Source: the human T2T-CHM13v2.0 reference genome, Homo sapiens | DNA length: 64,000 bases | Reading direction: 5' to 3' (one strand) | Assembly: GCF_009914755.1 (NCBI RefSeq) | Contig: NC_060947.1 | Shown: piece after piece, positions 28,195 to 43,309 of the stretch | Numbering within the stretch: the first letter of the stretch is position 1 | Layout of the letters: every line of letters begins with the position of its first letter | The notes under the pieces: generated by a model | What the model saw: only the letters and a program-made list of their open reading frames with translations | Database searches by the model: none | Told to the model about the DNA's origin: nothing | Position numbers and translations under genes: made by a program

Positions 28195-29110
28195 AAGACA
28201 AGCATACGCCTTTTCTATAAATGGTGCTGGGAAAACTGGAAATCCATATGTAAAATAATGAAGTTGGACCCTTACCATACAATATCTACAAAAATTAATT
28301 TAAAATGGATCAAGGATCTAAATATAAGAGCTAAATCTTCAAAACTCTGAGCAAAAATATAGGGGGAAATCTTCATGACATTAGATCTGGCAACAATTTC
28401 TTGGATATGCCACTAAAAACACAGATGACAAAAGAAAAAATAGATAAATTGAGCCATATAGAAGTTAAAAATTTTGTGCATCAGATGACATTATCAAGAG
28501 AATAAAAAGGGAACCTATAAAGTGGGAGAAAGTATTTGAAAATAATGTATTTGATTATTGTTTAATATGCAGAATATATAAAGAACCCCAACTCAAAAAC
28601 AAAACAAAACAAAAAGCTAACAACCCAATGTAAAAATATGAAAAGGGTTTGAACAGACATTTCTCCAAAGATATACAAACAGCCAATAAGCACAGGAAAA
28701 TATGCCCAACATCACTAATTAAGAAACTGCAAATCAAAACCACAGTGAGATACCATTTCACACCCATTAGGATGGTTAATAGGTAAAAACAAACAACAAA
28801 AAATAATAAGTATTGTCAAGGATGAAGAGAAATTGGAACAACTGTATACTGCTGGTAGAAATGTAAAATGGTGAAGCCTCTCTAGAAAACAGTATGGTGG
28901 TCATATAAAATGTTAAATATGGGATTACCATATGATCCAACAATTTTACTTCTGGGTATATACCTACAAGAATTTAAAAAGCAGGGACTCAAAGAGATAT
29001 CTGTATACCCATGTTCACAGCAATATTATTTACAGTTTACAGTAGGTGAAAGAAACCTAAATGTTCATCAATGGGTGAGTACAGAAACAAAATGTGGTGT
29101 GTTTGTGTGT
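28195..29110 (+). mobile_element. L1MB-type element, ORF2 3' part (left piece; continues at ~38040)
   Basis: 'aaatggtgctgggaaaactgg...aatgaagttggacccttacc...' and the ORF LPYDPTILLLGIY. Breaks at 'aaaatgtggt' where Tigger2 inserts. Confidence 0.85.
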
Positions 29111-29184
29111 ATGGTTACAGTTGACCGTTGAAGAAAGCAGGGGTTAGGAGTGCTGATCCCCTGCACAATTGAAAATATGTGTCT

Positions 29185-32100
29185 AGAGGGTTCCAGTTCA
29201 AGATAACTAACTAGAGACCTCAGGCGGCAGTTCTCACAAAGAAGAAAGTTACAAGTGAATAATCATAACTTGAATAAAATAGCAAGGAAGGGTGCTGGAG
29301 TCTAGTGAAGAACTCCTGATAAGAAGTTGGAGCACAGAAAAAAAGGAAGCAAGGCAGTGGCAGAGATCAGCTAGGAACCCTAAGCGACTTTTTGTGTTTT
29401 GTCATAAGGGTAAGTGGGAGTATTTTGGCTGCCCTTGTCCCCATGGCAGATCACTGGTATCTGAACTATTGGAGAGCTCACCTGCCTTCACGATCCTAAA
29501 CACTGGTGTGGACAGCAATTTGGAGATTTCTTAAGGGCACTGCACTAGAATACCAACTCATACTGGGTTGTTTGCCCTCTCCAGAGGCCTCAGAAGTGGT
29601 GGTGTTGCATAATACTTAAGAAGCAGCCATCGGCAGACTATGTCCTCCCCCTGAACCTCAGCCCATGAGTCTCCACGTCACCAGAGCCCTCATAGACATT
29701 CCCTAATACCCACTTGGATGGTGGCAGCCACGCAGGGCTGCCAGGACCCATGAAAGCTTCTGGATTCCCAGTGGTTTTGTCCTCAAGGAGTCTTCTCCTA
29801 AGGGAAACGAGAGCGCAGCACACTGAGAGAACACTTCTTGGAACAAAGGAAACCAGAGTGCATATTTTTCTGTGCTTGAGAGCTCCCCACTTGTTTGGGC
29901 ACTGTGCACGGCCAGGCAAGGGAGGAATTTAGTTCCATCCCAGTGGCCAAGCAGCATTTATGCTTGTACCCAGGCGTGGAGAAGGAAGCTTTTCCTCCTC
30001 CTGCTACAGACACAGCCATGGCTGCTCCTATGGGAAACTGGCAGAAGTGCAAAGGAGGATAGTCTTTCTGGGCTTTTAAGGGGAACTGTGTCCTCAGAGG
30101 TAGTGTGGCCACTGGGCAAGGTTTGTGTGAAAGGCAAGGCTCCTTCCCACCTCTACACAGAGTGACAGTGTTCCTGAAACTGGGAGCAGAAAAGCAGAAG
30201 GCTATGTGTTTTGGGCTGAGGGAAGAAGTTTCTCACTGAAGCCATTTTAGTGGTGAGCCACAGGACAGGCATCTTTTACGGCTCTCAGCTACATTGCATC
30301 CTGGTGATAGATAAAGATGTCTAACTAATGTGTGTTGAAAACACCAGGGCTGAGGCATGACAGGGAAGTAGATTGCATTCCTGCCTGCTGAGGGTATGGA
30401 GCTGCATCAGTTGTCTCCCCTGCTGCAGAGATTTCAGTGCATTTCACTGGGAGCTCCCTTGCCATCCACATCAGGGATGGTGCTTGTACTCACCATTGGG
30501 GGATATGAGTGTGGGTTTGCCTAGTCCAGCTCCACCCAGCTTTGTACTCTTGCTCTGGGGCTGAATGGGGAGCTCAGGCCACTGTGCATTCCACAGACCA
30601 GCCCAATGCCTGAGCCAAGAGAGAGTTTTTCCAGGTAAACAAATACGTATCATACACCCAACTGCTACTGCTGCACCCTGCTGTTATCTGTAAGTGTTAC
30701 GTACTGGCCTGATGGTTGAATTGCACAACCCAATGCAAATTCTGTTAATAGAAGTGCACAGTGCTTGGGAATGAGATAAGCTACTTAAGGCCTTCACTAT
30801 CCTGGCCTTGCAGAAGATCATAAGCCTGCTAACGTGCCCAATATACTGCTATTACAACCAGCATTTGAGAGAGCTACCACACTAAGGCTATCTATAACCA
30901 AGAAACTCATACAGAGTCATTGCCATCGAAAGTACCCAGAACCGAAGCCAAACCACCCTATACAACATATGTTATACTCATATCCTCAAGTGAACAAACA
31001 AATACCATCCAAATGAAAGTAAATTCAAAAATAAGAAGGGCTATTTTCTCCAAAGAAAAACAAAGCAGCAAAATAATTCTAGAAGTATGAAGAAACAGTG
31101 TTATGATGCCCTCAAAGGATCACAGTAATTCTCTTGCGAAGGATTCTAACCAAAAGGAAATCTTTAAAATATTAGATAAATGATTTGAAATGTTGATTTT
31201 AAAGAAGCTCAATGAGATCCAAAAGAAAAACAAATACAAGGAGATCAGAATATCAATTCAGGGTGTAAATGAAAAATTTGACAAAAAGATACATTTAAAA
31301 AATTCTAAACAGGACCACTGGAAATGAAAAATACGGTGAAGGAATTACAAAATACCACTGGAAGCTTTAACAATAGACTAGACAAAGCATAACAAAGAAT
31401 CTCACAGCTTGAAGACAGGTCTTTGGAATAAACCCAGTCAAAAATAAAAAAAGAATTTAAAAAATAAACAAAGTTTTAAAGAAGTCTGAGAATATGTAAA
31501 ATGTTGAACCTATGTGCCATACGTATTCCTGAGGACAAAGAAGAAACAAGAAGTTTGGAAAACCTATTTGAAGAAATTGAGAAAAACTTCCCTAGACTTG
31601 CTAGAGATTTAGATGTCTAAACACAAGAGGCTCAGAGGACTCTAGGAAAATACAATGCAAGAAAGACGGTATCAAGACATATAGTCATTAGACTATCTAA
31701 AGTTGATATGAAGAAAAAAATTATAAAATCAGCAAGAGAAAAACATCTAATCACATATTTTAAAAAATCCTATCAGACTGACAGTGGACTTCTCAGTAGA
31801 AACCTTACAAGCCAAAAGAGAGGGTTTCCTATTTTCAGAGTTCTGAAAGAAAAAAATCTTCCACCTATGAATTTTGTATCCTATTGGAATAAGCTTCAAA
31901 AATGAAGGGGAAATTAAGTATCTCCAGGACGATCAAATGCTAAGAGAATCTGTTACTACCACTAGACTGATGCTACAAAAATGCTTCAGGGAGTTCTAAA
32001 TATGGGAACAAAAGATTGATACTTACTATGATAAAAACACAGGTCTTTAAACTCACAGGTCATAAAACCCACAGGTCTTATAAAAATAATTGCACAAGTG

Positions 32101-35100
32101 ACACTGCAAGACAACTAGATAATAATTAACATTATGACAGGAAAAACCTCATATTATCAATATTAACCTTGAATGTAAATGGACTAAATGTTCCACTTTA
32201 AAGATATAGATTTGAAGAATTGACTTAAAAAACATTATTCAACCATATGCTGCTTATAGGAAGTCCACCAAACTGGGAAAGACACTTATAGACTGAAGGT
32301 AAAGGGGTGGAAAAAGATATTCCATGCAAACAAAAATCAAAGGCAAGCAGGAGTAGCTATCCTTATATCACATCAAACTGACTTTAAATCAACAACAGTT
32401 AAAAAACAACAAAAAAGACAAACAAGGTAATTATCTATTGGTGAAGGGATGAGTTCAACAAGAAGATATAAGAATCTTAAATATATATGTGCCTAAAACT
32501 GGAGCATGCAGATTCATAAAACAAATACTACAAAACCTATGAAGAGATAGACAGCAATACCATAATAGTGGTAGTTTCAAACTTCACCAACAGCACTACA
32601 AAGATCATCAAGACAGAAAATCAATAAAGAAATAATGGGTTTAAATTGGATTTAGACCAAATGAACCTAACAAAAATTTACAGAACATTCTACCCAACAA
32701 CCATAGAATATCCTTTCTTATAAATTCATGGAACATTCTCCAAAATAGACCATGTGTTTGCCATAAACCAAGTCTCGAAAATTTCAGAAAACTGAATAAT
32801 ATCAAGAATCTTCTCAGACCACAACGGAAGAAAACTAGAAATAAATCTCAAGAGGAACTCTCAAAGCTATACAAATACATGGAAATTAAACAATCTGCTC
32901 CTGAATGATCTTTGAGTCAAGAATGAAATTAAGACAGTAATTTAAGAAATTATTTAAACAAATGAAAATGGAGACACAATATACCAAAATGTCTTGCATA
33001 CATTTTAAAAAACACTAAAAGGGAAGTTGGTAGTGTTAAATGTCAGCATAAAAAAATAAAAAGATCACAAACTAACAACCTGATGTCTCACCTAAAGGAA
33101 AGACAAAGTCAAGAACATACCAAGCCCAAACCTAGCAGAGGAAAAGAAATAATAAAGATTAGAGAAGAACTAAATGAAAGTAAGTCCTAAAAAACAGTAA
33201 CAAGGATAAATACAAAGTTTGTTCTTTAAAAAGATAAACAAAATTGATAGACTGCAAAACTAGACTAACCAAAAGAAGAGAGAAGATTCAAATATGCACA
33301 ATCAGAAATGATAAAGGTGACATTAAAACTGACACCACAGAAATATATAATATCATCAGAAACTACTATGAATGTCTCTTCACACACAAGCTAGAAAATC
33401 TAGAAGAAACAGATCAATTCCTGGAAACATGCAACCTCCAAAGATTGAACCAGGAAGAAACAGATATCCTGAACAGACCAATAATGAGTAGTGAGATTTA
33501 ACCAGTAATAAACTTTTTCTCAAGAAAAAAAGGGGTCAGAACCAGATGGATTTACAGCCCATTTCAACCAGACATAAAAATAACTGGTATCAATCCTACT
33601 GAAATTGTTCCAAGAAATTGAGAAGGAGGGAATCCTCCCTAACTCGTTGTATAAAGTCTGTTATCATCGTGATTCCAAAGCCACACAAAGTCACAACAAC
33701 AACAACAGCAAAGAAAACTACAGGCAGTATTTGTAAATGCATATGGAGGCAAAAATCCTCAACAAAATATAGCAAGACGAATTCAATAGCAAATCCAAAA
33801 ATTAATAGAACACAATCTGGTAGGTTTTATTTCAGGGATGCAAGGATGGTTCAATTAAATGCGATTAACCTAAAAATCAGAATTAAAAACAAAAAACATA
33901 TAATCATCTCAAAATATGCAGAAAAAAGCATTTGATAAAATTCAGCATCCCTTCATGATAAAACCTTCAAGAAACTAGGCATCAAAGAACATACCTCAAA
34001 ACAATGGAAGCCATATACAAGAAGCCCACAGCCAACATCAAACTGAACAGGTAAATGTTGAAAGCATTCCCCATAAGAACTGGACAAGACAAAAATATCC
34101 ACTCTCACTACTCCCATTCAACTTATTACTTACTGGAAGTCCTAGCCAGAGCAATCAAGCAAGAGAAAGAAATAAAAAGCATCCAAATTAGAAAACTGGA
34201 AGACAAATTATCTTTTTGCTGATGATATGATCTTATACTTAGAAAACTCTAAATATTTCTCCAAAAGACTGCTAGATTTGATAAATGAATTCAGAATAGT
34301 TTCAGTATACAAAATCTAGGTGCAAAAATCAGTAGCATTGCTATATGCCAATAACAATCAAGCTGAGAACCAATCAAGAAGTCAATCCTATTTACAGTAA
34401 CTACAAAAAAAAATACCAAGGAATAAATTAAACTAAGGAGGTGAAAGATCTTTACAAGAAAAACTACAAAACCTCGATGGAAGAAATTGCAGAAGACACA
34501 CACACACACAAAAATAGAACAGCAGCCCATGCTTATGAATTAGAAGAATCATCATTGATAAAATGATCATTCTGCCCAAAGCAATCCATAGATTCAAAGC
34601 AATTTCTATCAAATTACCAAAATAATTTTTCACAGAATTAGACAAAAATCCTAAAATTCATATAGAACCACAAAAGAGCCTGAATGGCCAAAACAATCCT
34701 AAGCAAAAAGAACAAAGCCAAGGTGTTACATTACCTGACTTTAAATTATACCGCAAGCTATAGTAACCCAAACAGCATATTATTGGTACATAAAATAGAC
34801 ACACATAACAATGGAAAGGAATACCTACAATCAACTGACAGTCAACAATGTAGATAAAAATAAACTATGGTGAAAGGACACCTTATTCAATAAATAATAC
34901 TGGGAAAATTGGCCAGTTATAGGCAGAAGAATGAAACTTGACCTCTATCTCTCGCCATACACAAATATTAACTCAAGGTAAATTAAAGATTTAAACATAA
35001 GACCTGAAACTATAAAAATAATAGAAGAAAACCTAGGAAAATCTACTGGACACTGGCCTAGGCAAAGAATTCATGACTGAGGCCTCAAAAGCAAATTCAA

Positions 35101-36133
35101 CAAAATCAAAAATAGACAAATGGGACTTAATTCAACTAAAATGATTCTGCACAGCAAAAGAAATAATCAACAGAGTGAATAGTCAACCAGCAGAATAGGA
35201 GAAAATATTTGCAAACGGCGCATTTGACAAATGACTAATATTTAGTATCTGCAAGAAACTTAAACAACAAGAAATAAATAACCCCATTACAAAGTGGGCA
35301 AAAGACATGAGCATTTTTCAGAAGAAGACATACAAATGGCTAATAAGCACGTGAAATATGCTAAACATCACTAATCAGAGAAATGCAAATTAAAACCACG
35401 ATGAGATACTATCTTACACCAGTCAAAATGGCTATTATTAGAATGTCAAAAAGTGGCAGATGTTGGCATGGATGTGGGGAAAAGGGACACTTACACACTG
35501 TTGGTGGGAATGTAAATTGAAACAATCTCTATGGAAAACAGTATGGAGATTCCTCAAAGAACCAAAAATAGAACTACTATTGGATCCAGCAATCCTACTA
35601 CTGGATATATTTCCAAAGGAAACAAAATGTTTATATCTAAAAGACATCTGCACTTGTATGTTTATTACAACATTGTTCACAATAGGAAAGATAAGGAATC
35701 AACCTAAGTGCCCATCAACAGATGATTAGATAAAGAAAATGTCTCTCTTTCTCTCTCTCACACACACACACACAAACAAATACTACTCAGCCATAAAAAA
35801 TCATAAAATAATATATTTTGCAGTAACATGGGTGGAACTGGAGGCCATTATCTTAAGTGAAATAATTCAGAAACAGTCAAATACTGCATGTTCTCACTTA
35901 TCAGCAGGGGCTATATAATGTGTACACACAGAAATAGAGTGAAATGATAGAAATTGGAGACTCGGAAATGTGGGAGGGTGCAACGTGGTTGAGGAATGAG
36001 AAATTACCTAATGGGTACAATGTACATTATCCAGGTGATGGTTACACCAAAAACCTAGACTTCACCACTACACAAAACTTCCATGTAACAAAACTACACT
36101 TGTACCCTCTAAACCTGTAATAATATCAATACA
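29185..36133 (+). mobile_element. Full-length (~6.95 kb) L1PB4-like LINE-1, inactive
   Basis: GC-richer 5'UTR (~29185-31050), ORF1 remnants (KKKIIKSAREKHLITY), ORF2 from ~32133 ('tattaaccttgaatgtaaatggactaaat'), and an L1PB-type 3'UTR 'gagaaattacctaatgggtacaatgtacattatccaggtgatggttacacc'. TSD aaaatatgtgtct (29172-29184) / aaaatctgtgtat (36134-36146). Many stops and frameshifts. Confidence 0.9.
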
Positions 36134-36260
36134 AAAATCTGTGTATCACTTTTGATTCCCCAATAACTTACCTACTAGTAGCCTGCTGTTTATTGGAAGC
36201 TTCACAGATAACATAGTTGATTAACACATATTTTGTACATGTATTATGTACTGTATTCTT

Positions 36261-37122
36261 TTATTATTATTATTATTATTATACTTTAAGTTTTAGGGTA
36301 CATGTGCACAATGTGCAGGTTAGTTACATGTGTATACATGTGCCATGCTGGTGTGCTGCACCCATTAACTCGTCATTTAGCATTAGATATATCTCCTAAT
36401 GCTATCCCTCCCCCTCCCCCAACCCCACAACAGTACCCAGAGTGTGATGTTCCCCTTCCTGTGTCCATGTGTTCTCATTGTTCAATTCCCACCCATGAGT
36501 GAGAACATGCGGTGTTTGGTTTTTTGTCCTTGCGATAGTTTACTGAGAATGATGATTTCCAATTTCATCCATGTCCCTACAAAGGACATGAACTCATCAT
36601 TTTTTATGGCTGCATAGTATTCCATGGTGTATATGTGCCACATTTTCTTAATCCAGTCTATCATTGTTGGACATTTGGGTTGGTTCGAAGTCTTTGCTAT
36701 TGTGAATAGTGCCGCAATGAACATACGTGTGCATGTGTCTTTATAGCAGCATGATTTATAGTCCTTTGGGTATATACCCAGTAATGGGATGGCTGAGTCA
36801 AATGGTATTTCTAGTTCCAGATCCCTGAGGCATCGCCACACTGACTTCCACAATGGTTGAACTAGTTTACAGTCCCGCCAACAGCGTAAAAGTGTTCCTA
36901 TTTCTCCACATCCTCTCCAGCACCTGTTGTTTCCTGACTTTTTAATGATTGCCATTCTAACTGGTGTGAGATGGTATCTCATTGTGGTTTTGATTTGCAT
37001 TTCTCTGATGCCCAGTGATGATGAGCATTTTTTCATGTGTCTTTTGGCTGCATAAATGTCTTCTTTTGAGAAGTGTCTGTTCATATCCTTTGCCTACTTT
37101 TTGATGGGGTTGTTTGTTTTTT
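36261..37122 (-). mobile_element. Young 5'-truncated L1PA2/3-like element with a (TAA)n tail
   Basis: Open 200-aa ORF2 C-terminus ([24 protein letters not shown]...[10 protein letters not shown]). 9-bp TSD tgtattctt (36252-36260 / 37123-37131). Confidence 0.95.
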
Positions 37123-38039
37123 TGTATTCTTACAATAAAGTAAGAGAAAACATGTTATGAAGAAAATCATAAGGGGGAGAAATACATTTATAATAATGTA
37201 TGGTATGTATCAATACCATAAGAGTATGTCATTTGTTTACAAGATGAATCATCTCTGAAATGGTGGACAATAACAACTGCAGACCTCAATCTACAGTACA
37301 TATAAACTTTTTCTTGTAATGTGATGACTTTTCTCTGATTCTGGGACGTACTTCCAGCATCACTAGTAGCACTTCATATGGGTCCTATGATGTTATGCAG
37401 GGTTTATGGTTTTCCACTAAACGTAATTTAAAAATATGAGAACCATGAAAGATGACTTTTTAGTGTGATACACAATTTACTGGAGAGATGAACTGCTCAT
37501 TTGGAGGTGATTAGCATCACATGGATTTTTAAGTGAATACTCCCTAACACTTGAGTTTACCACAACAGGAGGTGGTTATGAAATTATTAGAACACTACAA
37601 TATGTACTACAATTAATTTTATAGTTTTGATTTAATGTTGCATCTTTATATCTGTGTACATTTCTCTCAACTGCAAATAGTGCCACGTACGATCTGTGTG
37701 TGCATAAGCTTTGATAAATTTTAAATTTGTATAATAGATTTGTGTATATTTTATGATAGTATATGATAAAATAGACTATTATTTGTATATATATATAATG
37801 CATTAATAATTTACCTTTTTCTTAATTTCTTTTGATATTTCTAGGCTATGTGGTTTGCTGTGAGTTTTTTTCAAATTTTTAAAAATCTCCAAAATTTTTT
37901 CTAATATATATATTGAAAAAAATCCACATATAAGCGGACTCAGACTATTCAAATTCATGCTGTTGGAGGGTCAACTACATATACAGATATATAAATACAA
38001 TAATGTATGTGTATATATAGTATATACACATCCATGCAC

Positions 38040-38428
38040 ATCCAATAAAATATTATTCAACCTTAAAAAGGAAGAAAATTCTGACACATTCTATAACATG
38101 GATAAGTCTTGACAACATTATGTTAAGTGAAATAAGCCAGTAGAAAAAGGACAAATACTATATAAATCACTTATATAAGGTACCCAGAGTAGTCAAAATC
38201 ATAGAGACAGAAAGTAGAATGGTTGTTACCAGGGGATGGAGGGAGGAAAAAATGGGGAGTTTTTTTTTTCCTGGGTATGGAGTTTCAGTATGTGAAGATG
38301 AAAAAATTATTTAGATGGGTGGTGGTGATAGTTGTAAAACAATGTGTATGTACTTAATACCACTGAATTGCACACTTAAAATTGGCTAAAAGGGTAAGTT
38401 TTATATTATCTATAATTTACCACAATAA
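38040..38428 (+). mobile_element. L1MB (L1MB3-like) 3' end, right piece of the 28195 element
   Basis: 'ttaaaaaggaagaaaattctgacacat...gagtttcagtatgtgaagatgaaaaa...gtggtgatagttg...taccacaataa'. Confidence 0.85.
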
Positions 38429-38606
38429 CAAGATGAGAATAAGATTGATATTGTGTTTCAAAATATGGGACCCATAAATGAAGAAGGAAAACATTGGAAT
38501 ATACAATACTTTGCTTAACTTCAAGGAGAAGATTAGTAACCATTCAACTAACTGAAATGTAAACAAATTATAATTTAACTCTCAATCTATATCAAGATAA
38601 AATTTA

Positions 38607-38660
<54 letters not shown>

Positions 38661-38662
38661 AT
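38607..38662. repeat. (TACA)n(CA)n microsatellite
   Basis: About 18 pure CA units. Confidence 0.95.
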
Positions 38663-38887
38663 ATCCCAGTCAGGTGGAATTAGAGACCCTCAATCTAAAA
38701 TCATAATGGTGCCCAAAAATCAATTTTAGCTCTCACACAGTCTTTGAGAATCAAATACAGGACACAGATTTTTCTCCGCAGAGAAAATCGTATATATAAA
38801 TATATTAATAAAATAGTGCCTTCTAAGATCATGGAGAAGTCCTGACAGCCATGGAGTAGAAAGGAAATTGTCATCCCAGATTTTTCT

Positions 38888-40669
38888 TTTTTTTAACTTT
38901 TAAGTTCAGGGGTACATGTGCAGGTTTGTTAGGTAAACTTTTGTCATGGAAATTTGTTGTACAGATTATTTCGTCGGTCAGGTATTAAACCTAGTACCCA
39001 GTATTTATTTCTCCCGATCATATCCCTCCTCCCAATCCCCATGTTCTGATTGTCCCAGTGTGTGTTGTTCCCCTCTGTGTGCCCATGGGTTCTCATCATT
39101 TAGCTCCCACTTATAAGTAAGAACATGTGGTATTTGGTTTTCTGTTCCTGCATTAGTTTTCTAAGGATAATGACCCCCAGCTCCATTCATGTTCTTTCAA
39201 AGGGCATGATCTCATTCTTTTTTATGGCCACATAGTATTCGATGGTGTATATGTACCATGTTTTCTTTATCCAGTCTATCATTGATGGGCATTTAGGTTG
39301 ATTCCATATCTTTGTTATTATGAATGGTGCTGCAATGAACATATGCATGCATGTGTCTTTATAAAAGAATGATTTATATTCCTTTGGGTATATACCCAGT
39401 AATAGAATTGCTGGGTCAAATGGTACTTCTGCCTTTAAGTCTTTGAGGAATCGCCACACTGTCTTCTACGATGGTTGAACTAATTTATATTCCCATCAAT
39501 AGTATAAGTATTAGTATAGTATAAGTATTCTTTTTTTCCTCCTCAACCCCACCAGCATCTGTTATTTTTTGATTTTTTAATAATAAATAGCCATTCTGAC
39601 TGTTGTGAGATGGTATCTCATTGTGGTTTTGATTTGCATTTCTCTAATGATTAGTGATGTTAAGCTTGTTTTCATATGATTGTTGGCTGCATGTATGTCT
39701 TCTTTTGAAAAGTGACTGTTCATGTCCTTTGCCCTTATTTTATTGTGGTTGTTTGTATTTTTCTTGTAAATTTGTGTAAGTTACTTACGGATGCTGGATA
39801 TTAGGCCTTTGCTGGATACATAGTTTGCAAAAATGTTCTCCCATTCTGTGGGTTGTCTGTTTACTCTGCTGATAGCTTCCTTTGCCGTGGAGAAACTCCT
39901 TAGTTGAATTATCTCCCATTTGTCAATTTTTGCTTTTGTTGCAATTGCCTTTGGCATCTTCATCATGAAATCTTTCTCCATGGCCATGTCCTGAATGGTA
40001 TTGCCTAGGTTATCTTCTAGGGTTTTATAGTTTGGGGTTTTATATTCAAGTCTTTAATCCATCTTGAGATAATTTTTGTATACGGTGTAAGGAAGGAGTG
40101 CAGTTTCAATCTTGTGCATATGGCAAGCCAGTTATCCCAGTATCATTTATTGAATAGGGAATCATTTCTCCATTGCTTCTTTTTGTCAGCTTTGTTAAAA
40201 ATCAGATAGTTGTAGGTGTGCTGCCTTATTTCTGGGTTCTCTATTCTGTTCCATTGGTCTATGTGCCTGTCTTTGTACCAGTGCCATGCTGTTTTAGTTA
40301 CTGTAGCCCTGTAGTAGAGTCTGAAGTTGGATAGTTTGATGCCTGCAGCTTTGTCCTATTTGCTTAGGATTGCCTTGGATATTCAGGCTTTTGCTTTTTG
40401 GTTCCATATGAATTTTAAAATTGTTTTTTCTAGTTCTGTCAAGAATCTCAATGGCAGTTTAATGGGAATAGCATTGAATCTATAAATTGCTTTGGTCAAT
40501 GTGGTCATTTTAATATTGATTCTTCCCATACATGAGCATGGTATGTTTTTCCATTTGTTTATGTCATCTCTGATTTATTTGAGGAGCATTTTGTAGTTCT
40601 TGTTGTAAAGATCTTTCACCTCCCTGGTTAGCTCTATTCCTAGGTATTTTATTTTTTTGTGACAATTGA
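38888..40669 (-). mobile_element. 5'-truncated L1PA11-13-like element
   Basis: Minus ORFs WRFLKDLKAEVPFDPAILLLGIYPKEY and [16 protein letters not shown] tcatcccagatttttct (38871-38887) / tcatcctagatttttct (40670-40686). Confidence 0.93.
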
Positions 40670-42057
40670 TCATCCTAGATTTTTCTATGGCTCACTTATA
40701 TGTAATGTAATCTAAAATAATGACCTGGCAAAATAAGAGTTCTTGTTTAATGTTTTGTTTGATTTAAAGTAATTTTATAAGACAGTTTAAGCAATTAAGA
40801 TTAACTTTATATTTTGACTTTTTTTAAAATTTAAAGCTTAACGGTTTTTCATGCTATTAATTAGATTTCATTGTACTATGTCATTTATGAAGCATAGTAT
40901 ACAAGAGCATTTCTCAACTAATAAGCTAATGAAAACATACTTTTTAAGGCATGAGTCAAAAATGTTCTTTTTAGTGGCAATAAGATTTGTAATGGGGGAC
41001 ACTCTCACCTTCCTGATCATATACACAGATAAAAAATTTAAAGAATTTCATTCCCTAAACCCCCCAAAAAAATCAGTATATGATAGTAGAACCAGGAAAA
41101 CAGAACAGCATGCAAGAGAAGAAAAGGGAAGAAATAAAAATAAGTAGGAAAACCAAAATAGAGTGTAAGAGGAAGAGAGAAGGTGAGAGAGAGGGCAAGC
41201 AGTAGGAAGGCATAATGTCAAGTTATTGTCATATATATCTTTGCATTACAACTTTAGTTATTTGACTCTTTACTGGAGGGCAAAATTATCTCATCTGCTG
41301 TTGCAGCTACATCAATCTAAAATCACAATGGTGCTCACACATCAATTATGGTGATACCAATGTTTTGTGACAGCATAATTTAATCAGATCACTGTAATTA
41401 AATCTTCCAAGTCATTAAATCACCTTTTACAAAGTATATTACTTTTATTTCAATTATTAATTCAATTTAATGAACATCTCATGCTCTCTTTCCTATATAT
41501 TATTTTTTAAGTTATCTTATGTGCCTCCTTATACCCTACAGGTTCATTTTAATTTTCAAAGAGCAATAGATTCAGGAGATAAATGTATTAAACAAAGACA
41601 TCCAGCACATCTTGAAACATTTCCATGAAGAACAATCACACAAATTAAACAGATTTTAGAAAATATTTAAGACCAGAATGTGTGTGAATATATAATTCCA
41701 AAGACAAAGAATATAAATTTTACCCTTGGTGTCATACATTTTGACTGACAATGACACTAATAATTTAAAACTGTAAATCTCAAATGATTAAAAGAGGAAG
41801 AAGACAAAGAAGTGAAAGAAGCAAAAGGGACTACTGCCACTACTAGAGGATTTCCTAGAAGAAACAGTAGGAGATTTTCAAAAAATAATCATAGAATAAG
41901 AAAGATACTTTCTAGGGTGACGCCAAGCCTTGAGGCCACAAATAAAAAAAGTTTCATATATTCAGATATATAAATAAGCTAACATTTTACAGAATAAATT
42001 TCAGAATAAGCAAAGGCAAAATGATTAACTGGAAAAAAATCGTATTTTTAACTCATT

Positions 42058-42479
42058 GCAAAATGATAGTTTGTCCCCAATCCCATTACTCTCCTCTTCT
42101 ATAGTATTAGTTTCACTATGCAGAACATGTCAATCTAAAGACTATATTTCCTAGATTCCCAACATCTAGATATGGCCTTCATCAAAGTTCTGACCAATAG
42201 TGTTTGACTGTGAGTGAGGCACACTGGTTTTGAATCTTGCCCTTATAACAACTATGGGTAGGTTCCTCTAGATCTCTCCATTCTCCATCTCTGGGGACAG
42301 TAAGAACTAGAGCTGTCACATTGGACCCATCATTGGAAGCCATATATTGATCCTTGAGCTCTGTGTGTCTATCAAAACTATTATATGAGAGAAAGAAAAA
42401 GAAACTTCCAGTTCATTTAAGCTACTCTATTGGGACATTTTTTTAATATAGCAATAGAAGCTGTCCCCTAAATGACACA
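42058..42479 (+). mobile_element. MaLR solo LTR (MLT1J-like)
   Basis: 'aaagactatatttcctagattccc...aagttctgaccaatag' and terminal 'tgagagaaagaaaaagaaacttcc...tttaagctact...ctaaatgacaca'. Confidence 0.65.
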
Positions 42480-42630
42480 TTGTTCTTACATTGTTCTTTG
42501 AAGTGATAACTTCTCTAGTATTTAAAGATCTCTTTTAACTAAAATAATAAGATTAACAATGCAATAGAAAAATTAGCTAAGGAAATAGTTCATAAAAAAG
42601 GAAATAAAAATTGATCTTAAACATATGAAG

Positions 42631-43060
<430 letters not shown>

Positions 43061-43309
43061 TTATGTTCATGAGCATAAGGGGAAACAGGTACTCTTACGA
43101 ATTGTTGATTAGAGTATAAAAGTGTAAAATGCACACAGACACAAACTTTTTGATATTCCACACCTAGGAACTCATCATATACATATACACAAATGCAAAG
43201 TGGCATGTGTATAACGTAATTTATTTAGTCACTGTTTGTTTTAGCAAAGGATCACAAATCACCTACGTATTTATTGGCAGGAGACTGCTTGTGTAAATTA
43301 TGGTCCAGA

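Larger units (their letters stand above)
29118..37977. mobile_element. Tigger2-family (Tigger2b-like) DNA transposon in three pieces: 29118-29184, 36134-36260, 37123-37977
   Basis: Left TIR 'ta|cagttgaccgttgaa', right TIR 'tgttggagggtcaacta'. The pieces join seamlessly (~1.05 kb) once the two L1 insertions and their TSDs are removed. Confidence 0.85.

Noticed and set aside
29292-30653. Cluster of ORFs in GC-richer DNA suggesting a gene or CpG island
   Set aside because: Lies in the L1PB4 5'UTR. CpG-depleted, with no recognisable protein.
36482-37084. 200-aa ORF, the longest in the window
   Set aside because: It is the L1 ORF2p C-terminus in a 5'-truncated young L1, not a host gene.
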